DNA from: an uncultured Acidobacteriota bacterium
GTDB lineage: Bacteria > Acidobacteriota > Thermoanaerobaculia > Multivoradales > Multivoraceae
Direction of reading: 5' to 3'
DNA: 64,000 nt
Assembly (NCBI GenBank): GCA_963851415.1
Contig: CAWKPF010000002.1
Coordinates: 4,438,239-4,502,238, forward strand
Shown in pieces: positions 53,579 through 62,449 of this stretch; the stretch's first letter is position 1; the number at the start of each line of letters is the position of its first letter. The notes below the pieces were generated by a model that was not told where the DNA came from, did no database searches, and worked only from the letters and a program-made list of their open reading frames with translations. The position numbers and the translations under genes are program-made.

Positions 53579-56500
53579 ATGCGTCGTTTCGCTGCGCTCT
53601 TCTGGACGCTGGTCGTCCTCACACTGCTCACGCCGATGGGGCAAGCGCAGGCCGGCCCGGAGGATCTGGACTTCGACCCCGATCGCTTTCCGGGTCTCGC
53701 GTGGCGCAACATCGGACCCCAGCGCGGGGGTCGTTCGCTCTCCTGCATGGGGAGTCCCGGTCGGCGCTACGAATACTGGTTCGGTGCGACCGGCGGAGGG
53801 GCGTGGAAGACCACGGACGGTGGCCTGACCTGGAACGCGATGACCGACGGTCAGGTGACGTCGAGCTCGGTGGGCGCAGTCGCCGTCGCGGAGACCAATC
53901 CCGATGTGGTCTACATCGGCATGGGGGAGACCCAGCTGCGCGGCTCGATCACCCAGGGAGACGGGGTCTACAAGACCGTCGACGGGGGGGAGACGTGGCG
54001 TCATCTCGGACTGGAAGAGACGCAAGCCATATCCCGAATCCGGGTTCATCCCACCGACCCCGACGTGGTCTACGTGGCGGCTCTGGGCCACCCCTACGGC
54101 GACAACGAAGAGCGGGGGGTGTTTCGCTCGACGGACGGTGGCAACACCTGGGAGAAGGTGCTGTTCGTGTCTCCGAAGGCTGGCGCCGCAGACCTGTGGA
54201 TCGATCGACGCGATCCTGCCGTGATCTACGCCTCGATCTGGCAGGTCTACCGCAAGGCGTGGAAGATGTGGGGCGGGGGGCCCGATTCCGGCTTGTGGAA
54301 GTCGGACAACGGGGGCGAGACCTGGTACGAGCTGACCGCCAACCCCGGGATGCCCGAAGGCCCGATCGGCAAGATCGGCATAGCCGTGTCGCCGGCCGAC
54401 TCGAAGCGCGTGTGGGCGATCGTCGAGGCCCCGGAGGGCGGAGTGTTTCGCTCGGACGACGCCGGCGCCACCTGGAAGAAGACCAACGACGAGCGCAAAC
54501 TGCGCCAGCGCGCCTTCTACTACTCCCGACTGCTGGCCGACCCCCAGGATCGAGAGACCGTCTACGCGCTCAATACAGGTCTCTACAAGTCGACCGACGG
54601 CGGGGAGACCTTCGACGTCCAGATCCGGCCTCCCCACGGCGATCAGCACGATCTGTGGATCGATCCCAACGATCCGCGACGCATGTGCAACTCCAACGAC
54701 GGCGGCGGCAACGTCTCGGTCAACGGAGGGGAGAGCTGGACCGAGCAGGACTTCGTCACCACGCAGCTCTACCACGTGAACACCACCAGCGACGTTCCCT
54801 ACCACGTGTGTGGCGCCCAGCAGGACAACAGCACCGTGTGTCTCCCCTCGGACGGGTGGGATCACATGCAGGCGCGGGGACCGGGGCATGGCTGGTACTA
54901 CGACGTCGGGGGCGGTGAGAGTGGCTACATCACCCAGCACCCGACCCGTGCCGATCTCTTCTACGCGGGCTCCCAGGGTGCCCTGCTCACTCGATACGAC
55001 CGCTCCACCGGTCAGGTCAGGGACATCCAGGTCTACCCGCGCTTCTTCTCGGGGGAGCCCGCCAGCGCGCTGCCCGAGCGCTGGCAGTGGACCTTTCCGA
55101 TCGTCTTCTCACCGCTCGATCCAGAGGTGCTCTACACCTGCTCGCAGCACGTGTGGAGGAGCACCGACGACGGGCAGAGCTGGGAGCGCATCAGCCCCGA
55201 TCTGACCTACGCCGACCCGGAGACGCTGGGCGAAACCGGGGGCCTGGTCACCATGGACATGAACGGCCCCGAGATCTATGCCACGGTGTTTGCCCTGGTG
55301 CCCTCCAGTCACGACGAGGGCACGATCTGGGCGGGCTCGGACGACGGCAAGGTGCACCTCACACGCAACGGAGGCGACGACTGGACGGACATCACGCCCC
55401 CCGGCCTTCCCAAGTTCAGTCGCGTCTCCATTCTCGACGAGTCGGATCACACGGCCGGCACCGTCTATCTGGCAGCCAACCGCTACCAGGTCGACGACCG
55501 CGAGCCCTACGTCTTCCGCACGCGGGACTACGGGCGTAGCTGGGAGAAGATCACCTCGGGCATCGCGCCTGGCCACTTCGCCCGCGCGGTGCGCGAGGAC
55601 CCGGTGCGCGAGGGGTTGCTCTTCCTCGGCACCGAGCACGGGGTCTACACCTCTTTCGACGCCGGCGACCGATGGCAGTCGATCCAGCTCGAGCTGCCCG
55701 ACACACCGATCCGGGATCTGGTGATCCACGGTTCCGACGTCGTGCTCGGTACTCACGGCCGAGGCTTCTGGATTCTCGACGACATCGAGCCTCTGCGCCA
55801 GCTCACTGCGGCGACCTACGATGCACCACTCACCGTGTTCGAGATGGCCGATGCGATCCGGGGACTGACGCTGGCGACCGTGCAGTACTTCCTCGCCGAG
55901 GCCGCCGAAGAAGTGACCGTCGAGATCGTCGATGCACAGGGCAACGTGGTCGACACTTTCACCGGAACTCCGGAGGACGAGAAAACCGAGCCGCCCGAGG
56001 GCAACTCGTTTCGTCGCCCGCCCCCTCCGCCGCCCACCACCCGTGCAGGACTGAATCGCTTCCAGTGGAACCTGCGCTATCCCGGAGCCACCGTGTTCGA
56101 AGGCATGATCCTGTGGAGTGCCAGAGCCGAGAGCGGGCCGAAGGCGCCTCCCGGCCGCTACGAGGCTCGAGTGACCGCCGGCGGGGAGACGCTTGCCGCT
56201 CCTTTCGAGATCGTGATGGATCCGAATCTGGAAGGGGTGACCGAGGAGGATCTGCGCGAGCAGTTCGAGCTGGCTTCCAGGATCCGCGACCAGACCAGTC
56301 GAGCCAACGAGGCGGTGATCCGCATTCGCGCGCTACGCCAGCAGTTGGACGAGCGGGTGAAGGGCAGCTCCGACTCCGAGCTGGCCGCGACCACCGAATC
56401 ACTGCGCGAAGCGCTCGGCACGGTAGAGGAGGCTCTCTACCAGGTCAAGAACCGAAGCAACCAGGATCCACTCAACTTCCCGATCCGTCTCAACAACCGC

Positions 56501-56707
56501 CTCTCCTCGCTGCGTCGCAGCGTCGAGACCGGGGATGCTCCTCCCACAGCAGGGGCCTACCTGGTCTACGACGAGCTGAGCGCCGAGCTGGAGGCGCACC
56601 TCGCGGAGCTGGACGCAGCCATCGCGAGTGGCCTCCCGGCACTCAACCGGGATCTCGAGGCACAGGGACTGGAACCGGTGGTGGAAGAGGAGACGCAAGA
56701 TGAGTAG
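53579..56707 (+). CDS. Secreted sortilin/VPS10-like BNR (Asp-box) repeat protein (glycosyl-hydrolase-like beta-propeller).
   Basis: ATG preceded by ggagg. Signal peptide FAALFWTLVVLTLLTPMGQAQA. Repeated Asp-box-like S/TxDGGxTW motifs (KTTDGGLTWN, KTVDGGETWR, RSTDGGNTWE, KSDNGGETWY, RSDDAGATWK, KSTDGGETF). 1042 aa. Confidence 0.82.
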   Translation: MRRFAALFWTLVVLTLLTPMGQAQAGPEDLDFDPDRFPGLAWRNIGPQRGGRSLSCMGSPGRRYEYWFGATGGGAWKTTDGGLTWNAMTDGQVTSSSVGAVAVAETNPDVVYIGMGETQLRGSITQGDGVYKTVDGGETWRHLGLEETQAISRIRVHPTDPDVVYVAALGHPYGDNEERGVFRSTDGGNTWEKVLFVSPKAGAADLWIDRRDPAVIYASIWQVYRKAWKMWGGGPDSGLWKSDNGGETWYELTANPGMPEGPIGKIGIAVSPADSKRVWAIVEAPEGGVFRSDDAGATWKKTNDERKLRQRAFYYSRLLADPQDRETVYALNTGLYKSTDGGETFDVQIRPPHGDQHDLWIDPNDPRRMCNSNDGGGNVSVNGGESWTEQDFVTTQLYHVNTTSDVPYHVCGAQQDNSTVCLPSDGWDHMQARGPGHGWYYDVGGGESGYITQHPTRADLFYAGSQGALLTRYDRSTGQVRDIQVYPRFFSGEPASALPERWQWTFPIVFSPLDPEVLYTCSQHVWRSTDDGQSWERISPDLTYADPETLGETGGLVTMDMNGPEIYATVFALVPSSHDEGTIWAGSDDGKVHLTRNGGDDWTDITPPGLPKFSRVSILDESDHTAGTVYLAANRYQVDDREPYVFRTRDYGRSWEKITSGIAPGHFARAVREDPVREGLLFLGTEHGVYTSFDAGDRWQSIQLELPDTPIRDLVIHGSDVVLGTHGRGFWILDDIEPLRQLTAATYDAPLTVFEMADAIRGLTLATVQYFLAEAAEEVTVEIVDAQGNVVDTFTGTPEDEKTEPPEGNSFRRPPPPPPTTRAGLNRFQWNLRYPGATVFEGMILWSARAESGPKAPPGRYEARVTAGGETLAAPFEIVMDPNLEGVTEEDLREQFELASRIRDQTSRANEAVIRIRALRQQLDERVKGSSDSELAATTESLREALGTVEEALYQVKNRSNQDPLNFPIRLNNRLSSLRRSVETGDAPPTAGAYLVYDELSAELEAHLAELDAAIASGLPALNRDLEAQGLEPVVEEETQDE

Positions 56708-56714
56708 GCGCAAG

Positions 56715-58031
56715 ATGACTAGGCGCAGCCCCGGGATCCCCCTTGTCCTCGCCTGCCTGCTCGGCTTCTCGGCCGCTGCCAGCGGGCAGTCACCGCGTCA
56801 GACCAGCGCCGACGCCTACACTCGCTACGAGCTGCAGGCGCCGGAGACCCGGACCTTTCGTATCGTCTATGACGTCACCGCGGCCAGCCCCGGAGCCCGG
56901 CTCTACTTCAATCCGATCCGTAAGGGAAGCGAGCCGACCGTGCATGCCGTGATCGATCTGTCGACCGGCAAGCCGTTGCGATGGCAGCTCGTGCCGGGAA
57001 GCCGGGCCGAGGCCGACGGTCTGACCGGAGCCGACACAGAGATGCAGTACCTGCGCATCGAGTTGGCCTCGCCGGTGCCCGCGCTCACCACGGGCGCGAG
57101 CTCGGTGAGTCCGGTCGCGGGGGAAGCGCGCCTGCGCATCGACAAGAGCTACGAGGATCCTGCGAGCTACCGTCACGAAGGCGACCGACTGGTGTTCGAG
57201 CGCTCGCTCGGGGTGCGGCGCAACGCCGTCGTGCTGCCCGCCGGCTATGAACTGCTGGCCGCCAACTACCCCGTGCAGGTCGCGCTCGAGGTCGATGGGC
57301 GACTCCGGCTCTCGTTCATGAATCGGGGCTTCGCCGCCGTGCCACTGCGAGTGGAGGCGCGGCGGCTGCCCGAGCGCTCTGGGACGGTCCCGGCGAATGC
57401 CGGTGGGGGAAGCCTCGCGCCGAGCCCACCGGTCGAGGCGCGACGGCCTTCGGGAGCGCGGATCGACTTCTCCTTCGACGAGCGGGCCTTTCAAGACCGG
57501 GAGATCGTCTACTATCTGCGTCAGCCCGAGACGCACTCGTTCCGCCTCTACCACGACTACACCGAGACCCGGGAGGGGATGGATCGCTACCTCAACGTGG
57601 TGCGGTCCGGCTCGAAGGCTTCAAACCCCGAAGCGTGGAACGTCGATACCGGTGAGCGCTTGAAGGTCGAGACCTTGAGGGGAAAGTCGATCACCGAGCG
57701 CGGCCTCGACCTCGGCGGAGCTCCGGTCGAGGCGGACACCGAGGTGGTCGTCATCTGGTTCGAAGCGGTGAAACCGGGGGCCTCCACCCGGCTGCGCATC
57801 GAGGAGACCTACACCGATGCCACTCGCTACGGGCTGGATGGAGACGAGCTGCTCTGGGATCGGAGTTTCGGCCGCCCGCGCAACGAGGTCGTGCTGCCCG
57901 AAGGCTGGTCTCTCACCGAGAGTGCGGAGCCAGCCGTGATCGATCAGCTCGACGATGGCCGGACTCGGCTGTCGTTCACCAACGATCGGCCCAATCAGCT
58001 CGAAGTGTTCCTGCGGGCGCGGCGCCGCTGA
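56715..58031 (+). CDS. Hypothetical secreted protein with two internally repeated ~200-aa modules.
   Basis: The ATG lies 8 nt after the upstream stop. Signal peptide GIPLVLACLLGFSAAASGQ. The two halves share similar blocks (RTFRIVYDVTAAS...DRLVFERSLGVRRNAVVLPAGYEL versus HSFRLYHDYTETR...DELLWDRSFGRPRNEVVLPEGWSL). Confidence 0.65.
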   Translation: MTRRSPGIPLVLACLLGFSAAASGQSPRQTSADAYTRYELQAPETRTFRIVYDVTAASPGARLYFNPIRKGSEPTVHAVIDLSTGKPLRWQLVPGSRAEADGLTGADTEMQYLRIELASPVPALTTGASSVSPVAGEARLRIDKSYEDPASYRHEGDRLVFERSLGVRRNAVVLPAGYELLAANYPVQVALEVDGRLRLSFMNRGFAAVPLRVEARRLPERSGTVPANAGGGSLAPSPPVEARRPSGARIDFSFDERAFQDREIVYYLRQPETHSFRLYHDYTETREGMDRYLNVVRSGSKASNPEAWNVDTGERLKVETLRGKSITERGLDLGGAPVEADTEVVVIWFEAVKPGASTRLRIEETYTDATRYGLDGDELLWDRSFGRPRNEVVLPEGWSLTESAEPAVIDQLDDGRTRLSFTNDRPNQLEVFLRARRR

Positions 58032-58072
58032 GCCGCTCGAACTTCCGTCGCTCGGGATAGCATTCGCGCACC

Positions 58073-58390
58073 ATGTTGCACCTTCTCGATAATCTCAGCG
58101 CCCGCGAATTGATGCCCGGCTTCAGTGGGCGCTTCGTCCACGGCGAAGGCTGTACGATGGCCTTCTGGACCGTTCGCAAGGGCGCCGAGCTGCCCGAGCA
58201 TGCCCACCACCACGAGCAGTTGGCGCACGTCGTCGAGGGGACGTTCGAGCTCACCGTCGACGGCGAGAGCCACGTGCTGGAGCCCGGATCGGTGCTGGTG
58301 ATTCCCGGCAACCTCCCCCACTCGGGTCGGGCGCTCACCGACTGCCGCCTCATCGACGTGTTCCAGCCGGCCCGCGACGAGTACCGGTAG
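58073..58390 (+). CDS. Cupin domain protein.
   Basis: 105 aa. His-rich cupin motif 1 (LPEHAHHHEQLAHVVEG) and motif 2 (GSVLVIPGNLPHSG). Confidence 0.75.
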   Translation: MLHLLDNLSARELMPGFSGRFVHGEGCTMAFWTVRKGAELPEHAHHHEQLAHVVEGTFELTVDGESHVLEPGSVLVIPGNLPHSGRALTDCRLIDVFQPARDEYR

Positions 58391-58403
58391 GTCGCGCGCC
58401 CAG

Positions 58404-58787
58404 TCAGGTGCGACCGGTCGCCAGGCCAGACGCGTCGCTCGCCCTCAGTGCGTTGTGGCTGCGCAACGCCGCGACGGTGAGCAGAAGAGTGACGACGAGG
58501 GCGAAAGCCAGACTGAGCACGAGGCCGTTGAGAGCCTCGCGGAGGCCGACCTGGACGATCCAGCGCCTGTCGGGTGCCAGCTCCGGGAGGAGCCGCAGGG
58601 CCTTCTGGAAACCGGTCACCGTTCCGAATACTCCCATCAGCAGCGCCGTCACGGTCGAGCCGATGGCGAGCGCCCGCAGGCGGAGGCTCGGTGCGGCGAC
58701 GTGGATGAGCGCCGCGACGAGCGCAGTCGTTCCGAGGAGGAGGATGGGAAGGGCGACGGGGCCTGCCTCGCGGAGGAAGTCTGCCAT
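58404..58787 (-). CDS. Small hypothetical integral membrane protein (~127 aa, 3-4 predicted TM helices).
   Basis: ATG at 58787. Hydrophobic segments VALPILLLGTTALVAALI, AIGSTVTALLMGVFGTV and LVLSLAFALVVTLLLTVAAL. The ORF-track N-terminal extension is S/T/P/R-rich junk. Confidence 0.55.
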   Translation of the reverse strand: MADFLREAGPVALPILLLGTTALVAALIHVAAPSLRLRALAIGSTVTALLMGVFGTVTGFQKALRLLPELAPDRRWIVQVGLREALNGLVLSLAFALVVTLLLTVAALRSHNALRASDASGLATGRT

Positions 58788-58902
58788 CAGGGATCTCCTT
58801 GTCTTGTCAGTTTCAGTCTCTTGGACCCCCAAACGGTCCGAGGAGTTCCAGGAAGGAGCGGGGCTGAGCCCATCGAGGCCTCGGGCGTTGGCAGCGCGGG
58901 GG

Positions 58903-61900
58903 TCAGGGCTCTGGCTGGAGTTTTCGGCGAAAGGCCGAGTCGTCGAGCTCCCGGGTCTGGTAGCGCTCGAGCCAGTCGCGGTGGGCCTCGGTATCGGGAA
59001 ACGGCCTGGCCGGGTCGGGGTAGGACTCGAGGCCGTGGTGCGGTAGCGGCTCGACCGTCTGTGAGGTCTCGGTGGCGAGATCGGCATCCTTCACCCAACC
59101 GTCCGTGTAGAGCAGCCAGTCGCGCTTCCACCCTTCGGGGAGGGGTGGCAACTGCGCCGTCGCGTAGCGCAGCAGCAGCGTGTCCCCTTGAGACATCACG
59201 ACCATCCGGTCGTCCTCCGCGAGGGCGAGCTCGAGCACGTCTCCGTAGCGGGTGTAGCGGCCCTTCATGTCGCGGAAGGGGCGCTCGAAGCTGGGCTCAC
59301 TGGCGTCGAACAGATGGGGGCCGCTCGGGCTCTCTCTGTAGAGGCGGGAGAAACCGCGGTAGTGCAGGTCGGCGAAGTCGGGATCGAGCGCCGTACGCCG
59401 CGGCATGGATCCCGAATCGCCCCACTGCGGCTCCGTTGGGAGGAGGGCTGCGGCGTCCCAGTAGATCTGCATCGAGGTGACGAGGCGCAGCGTCAGATGA
59501 TCGGAGTCGAGGATGCCTTTCGGCAGCACCCCGAGGTCGATCACCAGCTCCTTCCGTTTGCCGTTGGGGATACCGATCGAAGGATAGAGCTCGGTGAAGC
59601 TGCCATCGGGGCGTTGGACCTCGAGGCGAGGCGGAGCCGCATCCATGTCGGGATTCTGTTCCAGGGCGCGATTGATCGTGGTGTCGGTAGGGAAGATCCA
59701 GCCCGCGAGGAGGAGCTTCGGTGCGGTGAGAGAGGCTGCAGCGCTCGGCTCGAGGGCGAACTCGAGCTCGAGGGCATGCTCCTCGGTCACTCCCTGGTAG
59801 CGCGTCAGGGGGAGCGCGTCGACGTGAACGCCGTCGCGCAGGCGTACGGCATCGAGCACGTCCCTGGGCCCATCGGTGCGCAGAAGCGTCGCACGCTGCG
59901 GGGGCCGCGGTCGAATCGCCCAGGCCAGGGGCGGCTCGCGAGAATGGGGAGGCGGAGTGAAGCGCTCGTCGACATGGAGGTGGACCTCCTCTCCACGTGC
60001 GTCCCGCGCAGGGTAGTCGACAGCGACCAGGGACTGGCGATCGACATAGACCGCTTCCCACAGTTCCGCAGTGACCTGGAGCCAGGCTTCCTCTCCGGCC
60101 AGGAGAGCGTCCCCCGGAATCTTCACCCAGTCGCGGGCGGACTGGTGTGGCATCGGCGAGCCGTCGGGGAAGTGCATCCCGAGGGTGGAGCGCCACATCA
60201 GGTCGGTGACGAAGGTGAACTCGGAGCCGTTCCACGTGTACAGAAAAGGGCACGAGCCCTTGAGAACCTGCCTCTCGACCAGGGTCCGCTCGCTCGAGAC
60301 CTGCTGCCAGGTCTGGGCGAGACCGTTGGTCCAGATGACGCGGATGACGTCGGCCTGCCGGCGGGCTCCCAGTCCGATGTGGTTGACACCGCCGTTGCCC
60401 AGGCGGACCTGGAAGACGTCTCCCACGCGGGTCTCGATTCGCGCGAAGAGTCCCTGAGTGTTGTTCTTGGCGTTGTCGGTGTTGAGCCCCTGCAGACTGA
60501 GTCGGACCCAGGCGTTGCGGTCGCCTCCCTCGTTGCGATGGACCCGGAGCGGGGCAGCATTCCCGAGGGCGACCACGTCGAGGTCACCGTCGAGATCGGG
60601 GTCGAAGTGGATCAGCCGCACGGAGTCGGAGTCGGAGTCGCTGTCGGGAGCCGCCGTCTCCTGCACTTCGGGAGAGAGCTCGCCTCCCCGGTTGCGCAGC
60701 AGGACCACGCTGCTTGCGATGCGTGCGACGGCGTCTCGATCTCCGTCGTTGTCGAAATCGGCCGCCACCGCTGCGAGCCAGGGACCTTCGATGCCGGCGA
60801 CACCGGAGAGGGAGTCGAGCGCGGAGAAGCTGCCCGCTCGGTTGGCCAGGAGAAGCGCGCCCTCGGTGCCCCAGAGCAGCAGATCGAAATGACCGTCTCG
60901 ATCGAAGTCTTCGGCCAGCGCACCGATGAAGGGAGCCCCCTCGGAGAGGGAACCGAGTCGCTCGGACCTGTCCACCAACGGCCCGCTACGCTCGTTGCCC
61001 CACAGATTCACCCCGGAGCCGGCGACGGTCAGTAGATCGAGGTCGCCATCGTCGTCGAAGTCGAAGGCCACGACGTCACGCAGGTGCCGAACGCCGGACA
61101 CGCCCATCTCCGCGGTCCGATCGCTGAAGCCGGCGCCGTCGTTACGCAGGAACCGGACCGGGCCGGAGGTGGTGGCGAGGAGGAGATCGAGGTCGCCGTC
61201 CTGGTCGGGGTCGAGGGGAAAGGCACGCTCGAGATCGGTTGACTCGAGCAGGGTCCGGGGTTCGCCGAAGCCGAGGCTCGCGCCCTCCAGGCCGCGATGG
61301 AGTGCCAGGCCCGTGGGCGCGAGCGTCAGGAGATCCGTCCTCTCGTCCTGGTCGAGGTCGAGCGCCAACAGGGCTCGCGCAGAGGTCGCGAGACCGGGAA
61401 TGTCGATCGGGGCGGGCGCCTCCTGCGGCTTCCAGCTGTAGGTCTGTCCGTCGGTGGCGACCAGGAGGAGCTCCAGTGATCCGGGGCGAGCGACCCAGAT
61501 CGCATGGCTGAGAGGGCGGTCGAGGGGAGCCGGTTGCTCCTGGAAGGAGATCTCCGGATCCTGGCCGCCCTGGATACTCGCCGGCAGGGCAGGCTCGAAG
61601 TCGATCTGCGGGAAGAGCTCGAGGCCTCCCTGTCGTCCGATCAGGGGATCGAGACCGATCTGGTAGAGCTCGGTCGGTCGGAGAACGTTGCGTAGGGCCA
61701 TCGCCCGGGGCCGTACCGCGCTCGCTTCGCCGTCGAGCAGTGCGTCTTCGATCTCCCGTGCCAGGCGCTCGGCACTGCCGTCGAAGCCGTTGAGACGGTC
61801 CTCGATGCCGTAGAGCGCGTCTTCCGTCGCATCCAGGTCAGCGTTCTGGGCGGCCGCTGCGAAGAGCTCGACCAGCGGCACCAGGTTCTCTGGTGCTCGT

Positions 61901-62376
61901 CTGGAGGCCTCGGTGAGGGCTGCCTGGGCGGCTGCCCAGTCGCCGTCGTCCTCGGCCCGCCGGCCGAGCAGGAAATGAGGCCGAGGGTCGCCAGGATGCG
62001 ATTCGATGAACTCGTCGAGGATCTCCTGCCAGAGCGCGCGGTCCCCCTCGGGACCTCCGAGCAGGGTGGCGAAGCTGAAGAGAAGCTGCGGATTGTCGGG
62101 AGAGAGTCGCCGAGCGCGCAGGATCTGTCGGAGAGCCTCTTCCCGGCGATCGAGTCGTAGGTAGCAGATCGAGAGGTTGACCGCGGGGAGCACGTTGTCG
62201 GGCAGTAGCTCGCCGAGTCGTTCGAGCTTCTCGGCAGCGCGAGCGTAGTTGCCTTCCTCCATGTCGGCGAGGGCCGTACTGCGCAGGCCGGCGGCTTCGC
62301 GAAGCCGGTCCTCGTCCGGAGTCGACTGTGCCGACAGGAGCACGGGAACGAAGCAGAACGTCAGACAAAGGCGCAA
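58903..62376 (-). CDS. Secreted TPR + FG-GAP/VCBS repeat + ASPIC/UnbV (CRTAC1-like) giant protein.
   Basis: N-terminal TPR-like helices. Repeated FG-GAP/VCBS-like Asp-rich motifs (LDLDQDERTDLL, LDPDQDGDLDLL, FDFDDDGDLDLL, EDFDRDGHFDLL, ADFDNDGDRDAV, FDPDLDGDLDVV). C-terminal ASPIC/UnbV-like region. The start is uncertain: the TTG at 62376 gives the signal peptide MRLCLTFCFVPVLLSAQS, while the ORF-track GTG at 62478 would overlap the upstream gene by 29 nt. Confidence 0.78.
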   Translation of the reverse strand: MRLCLTFCFVPVLLSAQSTPDEDRLREAAGLRSTALADMEEGNYARAAEKLERLGELLPDNVLPAVNLSICYLRLDRREEALRQILRARRLSPDNPQLLFSFATLLGGPEGDRALWQEILDEFIESHPGDPRPHFLLGRRAEDDGDWAAAQAALTEASRRAPENLVPLVELFAAAAQNADLDATEDALYGIEDRLNGFDGSAERLAREIEDALLDGEASAVRPRAMALRNVLRPTELYQIGLDPLIGRQGGLELFPQIDFEPALPASIQGGQDPEISFQEQPAPLDRPLSHAIWVARPGSLELLLVATDGQTYSWKPQEAPAPIDIPGLATSARALLALDLDQDERTDLLTLAPTGLALHRGLEGASLGFGEPRTLLESTDLERAFPLDPDQDGDLDLLLATTSGPVRFLRNDGAGFSDRTAEMGVSGVRHLRDVVAFDFDDDGDLDLLTVAGSGVNLWGNERSGPLVDRSERLGSLSEGAPFIGALAEDFDRDGHFDLLLWGTEGALLLANRAGSFSALDSLSGVAGIEGPWLAAVAADFDNDGDRDAVARIASSVVLLRNRGGELSPEVQETAAPDSDSDSDSVRLIHFDPDLDGDLDVVALGNAAPLRVHRNEGGDRNAWVRLSLQGLNTDNAKNNTQGLFARIETRVGDVFQVRLGNGGVNHIGLGARRQADVIRVIWTNGLAQTWQQVSSERTLVERQVLKGSCPFLYTWNGSEFTFVTDLMWRSTLGMHFPDGSPMPHQSARDWVKIPGDALLAGEEAWLQVTAELWEAVYVDRQSLVAVDYPARDARGEEVHLHVDERFTPPPHSREPPLAWAIRPRPPQRATLLRTDGPRDVLDAVRLRDGVHVDALPLTRYQGVTEEHALELEFALEPSAAASLTAPKLLLAGWIFPTDTTINRALEQNPDMDAAPPRLEVQRPDGSFTELYPSIGIPNGKRKELVIDLGVLPKGILDSDHLTLRLVTSMQIYWDAAALLPTEPQWGDSGSMPRRTALDPDFADLHYRGFSRLYRESPSGPHLFDASEPSFERPFRDMKGRYTRYGDVLELALAEDDRMVVMSQGDTLLLRYATAQLPPLPEGWKRDWLLYTDGWVKDADLATETSQTVEPLPHHGLESYPDPARPFPDTEAHRDWLERYQTRELDDSAFRRKLQPEP

Positions 62377-62449
62377 GAGCGACCGCGCGCACCGGGTGCC
62401 CGGTCGGCGACGGTGTCGCTGCTCTCGGAGAGAGTCGGCGAGTGCGGGG

